Source: Nostoc sp. PCC 7120 = FACHB-418 (lineage in GTDB: Bacteria > Cyanobacteriota > Cyanobacteriia > Cyanobacteriales > Nostocaceae). Taken from it: DNA of 32,000 nt. The stretch lies in assembly GCF_000009705.1 (NCBI RefSeq), contig NC_003272.1, positions 5,910,001 through 5,942,000 of the forward strand, written 5' to 3'. A program made the position numbers and the translations under genes. Shown here piece by piece: positions 19,366 through 26,787 of this stretch. Positions within the stretch are counted from its first letter, which is position 1. Every line of letters starts with the position of its first letter. The notes under the pieces are model-generated. The model made no database searches. It saw only the letters and a list, made by a program, of their open reading frames with translations, and was not told where the DNA came from.

Positions 19366-20019
19366 TCATATTCTACCGCTTTCGGGTAACTGACAAAATA
19401 GGCTAATTGCTTGCCATATTTCTTCCATGACATTACCTAAGGCGTGGTCGCTGTCGAGTTCTATTAGTTCCACCCAAGGACGGAAATGAGCAAAATCGCG
19501 GCTGGCTGTGATGGGGATGACTTCATCTTGTTTGCCATGCAAAATCAAGGTGGGGACGGGGCGTTGTATTTGGTCTTCTTGGTATTGAGCCGCATCTGTG
19601 ACGAAATTGTAACTTAGGGGAAGCGACTTCCCTTCGCCATAATGGTAAACCGGGTAATATCCGTTTTGTTGCCAACTTTGTACAGCTTCTTCACCCATTT
19701 TGGGCAACCAATGGGATAAAAAACCAAATGCTGGCGCTAATAAAACTAAGCGTTGTACTTGTAAATATCGCTGTCCTAGATAAGCAGCAGTTAAACCGCC
19801 TAAACTAGAACCTATCAGCGTTATTGGTTCAGAATTATCAGGGAAAATTGCGGCAACTTGTTGAATTTGGCGCGTGATTGTTAACTGAGAAAATTCACCA
19901 GCATTGAGATCAGGGATTGTTAGCTGTATGTGAATTTGGGCGAAACGCTTGCTAATATCTTGTGCTTTCGCAGATAGGGGGCTGGAAGCAAAACCGTGGA
20001 GGTAGATGTATTTGGTCAT
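19366..20019 (-). CDS. Alpha/beta hydrolase, YqiA-like esterase family
   Basis: 217-aa ORF. MTKYIYLHGFASSP N-terminus, nucleophile elbow GSSLGG, and candidate Asp (HGKQDEVIP) and His (DSDHAL). Confidence 0.82.
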   Translation of the reverse strand: MTKYIYLHGFASSPLSAKAQDISKRFAQIHIQLTIPDLNAGEFSQLTITRQIQQVAAIFPDNSEPITLIGSSLGGLTAAYLGQRYLQVQRLVLLAPAFGFLSHWLPKMGEEAVQSWQQNGYYPVYHYGEGKSLPLSYNFVTDAAQYQEDQIQRPVPTLILHGKQDEVIPITASRDFAHFRPWVELIELDSDHALGNVMEEIWQAISLFCQLPESGRI

Positions 20020-20026
20020 TGCTCAG

Positions 20027-20046
20027 AGACGCGATTAATCGCGTCT
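20027..20046. repeat. Perfect 20-bp palindrome AGACGCGATTAATCGCGTCT, 7 nt upstream of the esterase ATG
   Basis: The reverse complement is identical. It lies between the gor stop (20094) and the esterase start (20019). No T-run follows on the minus strand. Confidence 0.9.
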
Positions 20047-20093
20047 GTACAGTTGTCAATTTTCTTTCCCCTGCTCCCTGCTTCCTACTTACT

Positions 20094-21473
20094 TCATCGC
20101 ATAGTGACAAATTCCTCGGCGGAGGAGGGATGAATGCCAACGGTAGCATCGAAGTCTTTTTTGGTTGCTCCCATTTTGACAGCGATCGCTACACCTTGGA
20201 TAATTTCAGCAGCATTTTCACCCACCATGTGAGCGCCTAAAACTTTGTCGGTTTTGGTATCAACCACTAATTTCATCATTATGCGCTCTTGTTTGCCTGT
20301 GAAACTGTGATACATGGGGCGGAAGCGGGTGCGGTATATTGTGACGGCATCATCACCGAGTTTTGCCCGTGCTTCGGCTTCCGTTAGTCCGACTGTAGAG
20401 GCTTGTGGGTTAGAGAATACAGCAGTAGCAATAGTTTCGTGGCTAAATTCTCGGCGGTTGTTGCCAAATTCACTGTCGGCGAAGGCGCGACCTTCACCAA
20501 TGGCTACGGGAGTGAGGTTTAAGCGGTCTGTAACATCACCAACAGCATAGATATTGGGTTGGCTGGTTTGGCTGTATTCGTTCACTGCAATGGCATTCAT
20601 GGTGCTGTATCCTGGCCCCTCTATAGAACTGTCAACAACATCAACACCAGCATTTTCCAGACCTAAACCATCTACGTTGGGAACCCGTCCTGTAGCTACT
20701 AAAAATACATCGGCAATGATTGGTTCTTGGTCTTCACCAGATAAACTTATTTTCAAACCTTCTGGTACTTGTTCAATAGCTGTAACTACGTTTTTAGGAA
20801 TAATCCGAATACCGTGATTTGTCATCCCTTCTTGAATTTCGGTGCGGATGTCTTCATCAAAACCTTTGAGAATTTTGTCACCTCTGGTAATTTGGGTGAC
20901 TTGTGAACCCAAACCACGCATGATTCCGGCAAATTCTGTACCGATGTAACCAGAACCAATGATAGCGATGTGTTTTGGTTGGGTTTTTAGGTGAAAAATT
21001 TCGTTGGAGGTGATGCCATATTCCATCCCTGGCAACTCTGGTTTGATGGGACGACCACCAACGGCAATTAAAATTTTATCGGCGGTAAATTTACGCTCGC
21101 CTACTTCTACTGTGTGATTATCTACCAAAGTAGCACGACCAGAGATCAGTTCTACCCCGGCTTTTTCTAGAAAGCTGATGTGCAGTTGGGATAGTCGCCG
21201 GACTTCCTTATCTATAGATGTAATGAAATGTTCCCAATTTAATTCTGCCTTACCGACTTGCCAACCATAGCCTGCTGCATCCTCGAATAAAGCGGGAAAG
21301 TGAGAACCATAAACCATGAGTTTTTTGGGTACACAACCCCGAATGACACAGGTTCCACCCACTAAATCATTTTCGGCGATCGCTACTTTTGCGCCATAGC
21401 TAGCAGCTCGTTTAGAAGCAGCCAAACCACCAGAACCAGCACCAATTACAAACAAGTCATAATCAAAAGTCAT
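20094..21473 (-). CDS. gor: Glutathione-disulfide reductase
   Basis: 459-aa ORF. FAD fingerprint GAGSGG, redox-active disulfide GGTCVIRGCVPKK, NAD(P)H fingerprint GSGYIG and C-terminal HPSSAEEFVTMR. Confidence 0.96.
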   Translation of the reverse strand: MTFDYDLFVIGAGSGGLAASKRAASYGAKVAIAENDLVGGTCVIRGCVPKKLMVYGSHFPALFEDAAGYGWQVGKAELNWEHFITSIDKEVRRLSQLHISFLEKAGVELISGRATLVDNHTVEVGERKFTADKILIAVGGRPIKPELPGMEYGITSNEIFHLKTQPKHIAIIGSGYIGTEFAGIMRGLGSQVTQITRGDKILKGFDEDIRTEIQEGMTNHGIRIIPKNVVTAIEQVPEGLKISLSGEDQEPIIADVFLVATGRVPNVDGLGLENAGVDVVDSSIEGPGYSTMNAIAVNEYSQTSQPNIYAVGDVTDRLNLTPVAIGEGRAFADSEFGNNRREFSHETIATAVFSNPQASTVGLTEAEARAKLGDDAVTIYRTRFRPMYHSFTGKQERIMMKLVVDTKTDKVLGAHMVGENAAEIIQGVAIAVKMGATKKDFDATVGIHPSSAEEFVTMR

Positions 21474-21510
21474 AATAACCTAACATACTATTTGCTGATA
21501 TTTAATGTAA

Positions 21511-21552
21511 CAGTTGTTATTTGTCAATTGTCAGTTGTCAACAGTCATCAGT
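21511..21552. repeat. STRR-like heptamer array, 6 degenerate units (CAGTTGT TATTTGT CAATTGT CAGTTGT CAACAGT CATCAGT)
   Basis: Read directly in the hyuB-gor spacer. Confidence 0.85.
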
Positions 21553-21569
21553 TCCTCCCCTATTACCTT

Positions 21570-23126
21570 TCATTTTGAACCAAATCCACCGCCTCCAGGG
21601 GTTTCTATGACAAAAACATCCCCAGGCTGCATTTCTGCTGTGGCGGTACTATCTAAATTTTCTTGGGTTCCGTCGTGACGTTCTATCCGGTTGTGTCCCA
21701 CTTGTCCGGCTTCTCCACCATTTAACCCAAAGGGAGGAACTAAGCGATGTCCAGAGAGAATATTCGCTGTCATGGGTTCTAAAAAGCGGATGCGGCGCAC
21801 GACTCCATTACCGCCGGAATATTTTCCTTTACCTCCACTGTCAGAACGCAGACTAAAGCTTTCCACAAGTACAGGGTAACGAGTTTCTAATACTTCTGGG
21901 TCAGTGAGGAGAGAGTTAGTCATGTGGGTATGAACTGCGTCGGTACCATCAAAGTTAGAGCCTGCGCCGGAACCACCGCAGATTGTTTCATAATATTGAT
22001 AGCGATCGCTCCCAAAGGTAAAATTATTCATGGTTCCTTGAGAAGCAGCCATCACACTCAGCGCACCATATAAAGCATCAACGATGGTTTGGGACGTTTC
22101 CACATTACCTGCTACTACTGCACTGGGGTAAGTTGGATTTAACATACATCCTTCAGGAACGATAATGTCTAAAGGTTTAAGACACCCAGCATTGAGGGGA
22201 ATATTATCATCAACCAGCGTCCGGAAGACATATAAAACTGCTGCTTGGGTGACTGCTTTGGGAGCATTAAAGTTACTATTTAATTGTTCAGATGTGCCAG
22301 TGAAATCAATTTCTGCACTACGCTTTTCTCTATTTATAGTTACTTTGACTTGGATTTTAGCGCCGCCATCCATTTCATAAATAAACGTGCCATCTTTGAG
22401 GACATCAATTGCCCGTCTTACTGACTCTCCCGCATTATCTTGGACAAATTTCATATATACTTGGACTATTGGCAATCCATATTGAGCCACCATTTTATGT
22501 AGTTCTTTAACTCCCCTTTCATTGGCGGCGATTTGTGCCTGAAAATCAGCAATATTTTGGTCAGGATTACGGGCAGGATAAAGATGATTTGCCAGCAAGT
22601 TTCTAACTTGAATTTCCTGAAAATTTCCGGCTTCAACTAAGAGAAAATTATCAAAAAGAATACCTTCTTCTTCTACTGTAGTACTGTGGGGAGGCATGGA
22701 ACCGGGAGTAATCCCACCAATATCAGCTTGATGTCCGCGAGAAGCAACGTAAAATAATGGTGTCGGGGGATTTTCTTGAGTTTCTGGGAAGACGGGGGTA
22801 ATGGCTGTGACATCTGGGAGGTGGGTTCCGCCGTTATAGGGATTATTAGATAGATAGACATTCCCTGGCTTGATGGTTTCGCCTTTATCATTAATTAAAC
22901 TACAGACGCTTTCACTCATTGACCCCAAATGTACAGGAATATGAGGGGCGTTAGCGACTAATAATCCTGATGAATCAAAAATAGCGCAGGAGAAATCTAG
23001 TCTTTCTTTAATATTGACTGATGCGGCAGTATTTTGTAGAACAATCCCCATTTGTTCGGCGATGAATTGATAGAGGTTTTTGAATATTTCTAACCTAACG
23101 GGGTCTGGTTGAGATGTTGTGTACAT
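21570..23126 (-). CDS. hyuB: Hydantoinase B / 5-oxoprolinase (ATP-hydrolysing) B-type subunit
   Basis: 518-aa ORF. DPVRLEIFKNLYQFIAEQMG...NIKERLDFSCAIFD...NAPHIPVHLGSM closely resembles the C-terminal half of eukaryote-type 5-oxoprolinase as I recall it. Confidence 0.9.
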   Translation of the reverse strand: MYTTSQPDPVRLEIFKNLYQFIAEQMGIVLQNTAASVNIKERLDFSCAIFDSSGLLVANAPHIPVHLGSMSESVCSLINDKGETIKPGNVYLSNNPYNGGTHLPDVTAITPVFPETQENPPTPLFYVASRGHQADIGGITPGSMPPHSTTVEEEGILFDNFLLVEAGNFQEIQVRNLLANHLYPARNPDQNIADFQAQIAANERGVKELHKMVAQYGLPIVQVYMKFVQDNAGESVRRAIDVLKDGTFIYEMDGGAKIQVKVTINREKRSAEIDFTGTSEQLNSNFNAPKAVTQAAVLYVFRTLVDDNIPLNAGCLKPLDIIVPEGCMLNPTYPSAVVAGNVETSQTIVDALYGALSVMAASQGTMNNFTFGSDRYQYYETICGGSGAGSNFDGTDAVHTHMTNSLLTDPEVLETRYPVLVESFSLRSDSGGKGKYSGGNGVVRRIRFLEPMTANILSGHRLVPPFGLNGGEAGQVGHNRIERHDGTQENLDSTATAEMQPGDVFVIETPGGGGFGSK

Positions 23127-23238
23127 TGTTAATATGTTCCAAAAATATTGTCAAATTTTAGTTTTTAAAACTAGCAGTTTCCAAGAAAGTAACGAATGCT
23201 GAGTCAAAAATATCAGTTTCTAGACTCTAATCTCTTGT

Positions 23239-25335
23239 TTAAACCCGTTGTAAAATCAAATGATTGCGTTCAGTTAATCTTGCCTGCCAATTAGGCTCAA
23301 CTACAATCGTACTGATTTTTTCAATGATGATGGCAGGGCCGTTAATACTATCTTCCGGTTGTAAGTCTTCTCGACGGTAAACGGGTGTATTATGCCATTT
23401 ATCTGCTGTAAACATTTGTACTATTTCAACAGATTTGGGTATTTCCTCTATGGAAGGGTTACGGATAATTAACGGTTCTTCGGGAGTATTCATTTGTTGA
23501 ATCACTTCTACTGAGATAGATTCAACAATTAAATTTTTCGCTGACTGGATGAAACCATAACGAGATTTATGTTCTATTTCAAATTCTTGTTTCATCGTTG
23601 TCACATCTGAGGAAAAGTCAACTGTTAAAGTAGAGTTAGTTCCTGCATATTTTAAATTTACTTTTCTTACTACTATCTCATTATTAATTGTTTCAATATT
23701 ACTAAATTCACTTCTGGCTTGGGTTTTTAAAAACTCCATTAACTGTAATAATTGAGGAATTAATGCTTCAGTTAGAAATTGTTCTACTCCGGCGACTCTA
23801 GTAGCACGGACATCAGCTAATCCCATACCATAAGCAGAAAGAACCCCAGCATAAGGATGAAGAAATATCTTTTTCATGCCTAATGTATCGGCAATTAAAC
23901 AAGCAACTTGTGCGCCTGCGCCACCGAAACAACAAAGTACATAATCGCTGACATCATAACCGCGTTGGAGACTGATTTTCTTAATCGCATTTGCCATATT
24001 TTCTACTGCGATGGCAATAAATCCAGCCGCTACTTGTTCGGGTGTACGATAATTTCCTGTGACATCTGCAATATGTTGGGCTAGTTGAGTAAATTTCTGA
24101 ATGACAATATCTTTATCTAAAGGTAAATTGCCATCAGTCCCAAACACAGAAGGGAAATATTGGGGGTGAATTTTACCTAACATCACATTGGCATCTGTGA
24201 CAGCCAAAAGTCCACCACGCCGATAACAAGCAGGCCCAGGATTTGAACCAGCCGATTCTGGGCCGACACGATAACTAGAACCATCAAAGAATAAAATTGA
24301 ACCGCCACCAGCCGCAATAGTGTTAATTGCTAATACGGGAACTCGCATCCGCGCACCAGCTATTTCCGAATCTAATTGACGTTCATACTCACCTTTAAAA
24401 TGGGCAACATCTGTACTTGTACCACCCATATCAAAGGTAATTACTAACTCAAAGCCTGCTCTTTTACTAGTTTGAACTGCGCCAACTATACCGCCAGCCG
24501 GGCCGCTTAAAATACTATCTTTTCCCTGAAATTTATCAGCATCCGTTAAACCGCCATCAGATTTCATGAACATTAATCTGATATTAGGCAACTGATGAGA
24601 TACTTGGTTGACATAGCGCCGTAAAATCGGAGTTAAATAAGCATCTACTACTGTTGTATCTCCTCGGCTTACTAACTTCATTAAGGGACTAACTTGGTGG
24701 GAAATGGAGATTTGAGTAAAGCCAATTTCCTGGGCGATTTGGGCTACTTGTTGTTCATGAATGGGGTAGCGATCGCTGTGCATCAAAATAATGGCACAGC
24801 TACGAATGCCTGTATGGTAAACTGCTTGTAAATCTTCTTTGACCTGGGCAATGTTGACAGGTGTTAATTCATTTCCTTGGGCATCATAGCGTTCTTCTAC
24901 TTCAATTACCTGTTCATAAAGCATTGTCGGTAAAACAATTCGCTGTGCAAAAATGTTCGGACGATTTTGATAGCCAATTCTTAACGCATCTTTAAATCCT
25001 GTGGTAATCAGTAGGACAACCCTATCTCCTTTTCTTTCCAACAGAGCATTTGTAGCTACTGTTGTTCCCATTTTGACTACTTCTATTGCTTCATCAGAAA
25101 TGGGTTCATTCCGTGACAGCCCAATGATATCTCGAATACCTTGGATAACTGCATCTTGATATTGTTCAGGATTTTCGGAGAGTAATTTATATACTATTAT
25201 CCATTCTTGATTAGGCAGAGGAACAATCAGAAAACGTTCGGTTGACTTTGATAATCTCTCTATGATCTCTTGATTATGGGTAACAGCAACAATATCTGTG
25301 AATGTACCACCCCGGTCAGCGAATACTTTTAACAT
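23239..25335 (-). CDS. hyuA: Hydantoinase A / 5-oxoprolinase A-type subunit
   Basis: 698-aa ORF. It has the N-terminal ADRGGTFTDIVA and a second ASKHA-type phosphate motif FDMGGTSTDV. The A-then-B gene order matches the fused eukaryotic enzyme. Confidence 0.9.
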   Translation of the reverse strand: MLKVFADRGGTFTDIVAVTHNQEIIERLSKSTERFLIVPLPNQEWIIVYKLLSENPEQYQDAVIQGIRDIIGLSRNEPISDEAIEVVKMGTTVATNALLERKGDRVVLLITTGFKDALRIGYQNRPNIFAQRIVLPTMLYEQVIEVEERYDAQGNELTPVNIAQVKEDLQAVYHTGIRSCAIILMHSDRYPIHEQQVAQIAQEIGFTQISISHQVSPLMKLVSRGDTTVVDAYLTPILRRYVNQVSHQLPNIRLMFMKSDGGLTDADKFQGKDSILSGPAGGIVGAVQTSKRAGFELVITFDMGGTSTDVAHFKGEYERQLDSEIAGARMRVPVLAINTIAAGGGSILFFDGSSYRVGPESAGSNPGPACYRRGGLLAVTDANVMLGKIHPQYFPSVFGTDGNLPLDKDIVIQKFTQLAQHIADVTGNYRTPEQVAAGFIAIAVENMANAIKKISLQRGYDVSDYVLCCFGGAGAQVACLIADTLGMKKIFLHPYAGVLSAYGMGLADVRATRVAGVEQFLTEALIPQLLQLMEFLKTQARSEFSNIETINNEIVVRKVNLKYAGTNSTLTVDFSSDVTTMKQEFEIEHKSRYGFIQSAKNLIVESISVEVIQQMNTPEEPLIIRNPSIEEIPKSVEIVQMFTADKWHNTPVYRREDLQPEDSINGPAIIIEKISTIVVEPNWQARLTERNHLILQRV

Positions 25336-25506
25336 TTCCCTATTTATACGGATATGTGTATGATAACCATGAGGTGTGTAAAAGAGAAGTCTTTATGCTG
25401 TTTTTGATGGTTTATAGTACATAACCCTAAATTAGGCAGGTTGCGTTCTTTCGGAATATAGGCGATCGCACGCAGTGTAATGCCCAGGCTACACCAAATA
25501 AACAAA

Positions 25507-25659
25507 TTAGGGAACCTCCCATCCTAATGGCCCCGTCCAGTCGGTAATTTCTTTGATAATTGCTGTGCTGGCTTTGCCAACTACAACTATATAAGCTGTT
25601 CCTATTGCACCAACGGTAACTAAACCCAAGTGATTAAAAATAGAATATGTAGGATTCAT
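25507..25659 (-). CDS. Candidate small membrane peptide (50 aa)
   Basis: My own translation: MNPTYSIFNHLGLVTVGAIGTAYIVVVGKASTAIIKEITDWTGPLGWEVP, stop TAA (plus-strand tta at 25507-25509). It has one hydrophobic helix. It lies 171 nt upstream of, and co-directional with, hyuA. I saw no clear SD. It is below the track cutoff. Confidence 0.3.
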   Translation of the reverse strand: MNPTYSIFNHLGLVTVGAIGTAYIVVVGKASTAIIKEITDWTGPLGWEVP

Positions 25660-26050
25660 ACTTGATTTTTGAAATAGTCGGACATAATAGCTGATATAAA
25701 TAAAGTCCGCTTGCGCGGACTACGGACATTGGATAAGGTTAGGTTATTACCAAGATGGCCTACTATTTTCTAGAGGCTGATTTCATTCTTGATGAATAGT
25801 TGATATAAATCAAGTATCTCTGACTAAATTTTTAGACATAATTGCTAAGTTCTTCTCTAGAAATAAATTGCTAAATATAGTTACTAACTATGTATTTTTC
25901 CCAGGAATGATTGAAACAAACTAAAATTTATTATAAAAACTAGATTTTATATACTTGGTCAGTTAGACATAAGTCCAAAAATAAGTCCAAATAGAATTTG
26001 ATTTTCTATAATTTTTAGTTTAAAAATAAAACTGTGGTTCACGAGGATAA

Positions 26051-26083
26051 CCCTGGAATTTTTCATTTCTGGGGTTTTATTTT
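26051..26083 (+). terminator. Terminator-like hairpin plus T-run on the plus strand, with no annotated plus-strand gene upstream
   Basis: CCCTGGAA (26051-26058) pairs with TTCTGGGG (26067-26074): 8 bp, including 2 G-U pairs. TTTTATTTT follows at 26075-26083. Confidence 0.4.
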
Positions 26084-26119
26084 GTCAATATTAAATATTT
26101 AGCATAATTATCTTCCTTC

Positions 26120-26659
26120 CTATGGTAGATTTTTTAAAACTTCAAGCGCATCATCACACCACTCTATCCAGGCTTGCTCATATTTAATACCCGCCTTTAA
26201 AACTAAAGTTCTCAATTTTTCTTCCTTATTGAGTTCTTTCGGGTATGGAAATTTCTCTTTTTCAATCTCTCCATAGGTAAGTAATTTTTCTAAATGGATT
26301 CGGCGATGACGTGTGACATCTTCTATCAATAGACTGACTGGTACTAGACCACCGGAAAAAATTTTGACTAACAAATCTTCTCTGATTACATCAGGTTCGC
26401 TGGGTTTGTGCATCCACTCAATCAGCTGCTGCTTTCCCTGTTCGGTGATTGAGTAAACTTTTTTATCAAGGCGACCTTCACGGGGAATCACCTCGGACAC
26501 AATCAAACCAGCAGACTCCAGTTTACCTAGTTCTCTGTAGATTTGTTGCTGGGAAGCTTGCCAAAAATAACCTACAGATTCGCTGAAAACTTTAGAAAGA
26601 TCATAACCACTGTGGGGAGCATCAATTAAACAGGTCAGGATTGCTTGCGATAAACCCAT
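26120..26659 (-). CDS. PadR-family transcriptional regulator (long form with C-terminal dimerisation domain)
   Basis: 179-aa ORF. The winged-helix N-terminus AILTCLIDAPHSGYDLSKVF...QQQIYRELGKLESAGLI...KKVYSITEQGKQQL is typical of PadR. A ~90-aa helical C-terminal domain follows. Confidence 0.9.
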   Translation of the reverse strand: MGLSQAILTCLIDAPHSGYDLSKVFSESVGYFWQASQQQIYRELGKLESAGLIVSEVIPREGRLDKKVYSITEQGKQQLIEWMHKPSEPDVIREDLLVKIFSGGLVPVSLLIEDVTRHRRIHLEKLLTYGEIEKEKFPYPKELNKEEKLRTLVLKAGIKYEQAWIEWCDDALEVLKNLP

Positions 26660-26669
26660 AAAGAACTAC

Positions 26670-26697
26670 TTGACAGATATTTTCTTAAGTGTACACT
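26670..26697 (+). promoter_or_regulatory. Near-consensus sigma70-type promoter for the DevBCA-like operon
   Basis: TTGACA (26670-26675), a 16-nt spacer, then TACACT (26692-26697). The -10 is embedded in the palindrome AGTGTACACT. Confidence 0.55.
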
Positions 26698-26753
26698 AGA
26701 GCTTGTATACAACAAGTTGAATAAAATTTTATGATTATAAAATGTTGTATACA
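26688..26753. promoter_or_regulatory. Three palindromic operator-like elements in the padR / devB-like divergent region
   Basis: AGTGTACACT (26688-26697) and TTGTATACAA (26703-26712) are each perfect 10-bp palindromes. GTTGTATAC(A) (26744-26753) is the inverted copy of GTATACAAC in site 2. All share a TGTAYACA core. A minus-strand TATAAT (26739..26734) for padR lies between sites 2 and 3. Confidence 0.55.
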
Positions 26754-26787
26754 GTAAATTTGTCTGCCAACATCTAGGCGATGACTT

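Noticed and set aside
19952-20240. Two short ORFs (65 aa on the minus strand, 92 aa on the plus strand) spanning the esterase/gor junction.
   Set aside because: Both overlap the ends of well-supported genes and the palindrome-containing spacer. No motifs.
21507-21520. NtcA-like site GTA-N8-TAT upstream of gor. TGT-N9-ACA also occurs within the heptamer array at ~21529-21543.
   Set aside because: It is only a partial match to GTA-N8-TAC and is embedded in repetitive heptamers, which generate such patterns by chance. I recall that NtcA binding to an Anabaena gor promoter has been reported, but I cannot place the site from sequence alone.
26064-26066. 35-aa minus-strand ORF (MKNSRVILVNHSF...) just downstream of padR.
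   Set aside because: It has no RBS, an AT-rich low-complexity translation, and it overlaps the terminator-like hairpin.
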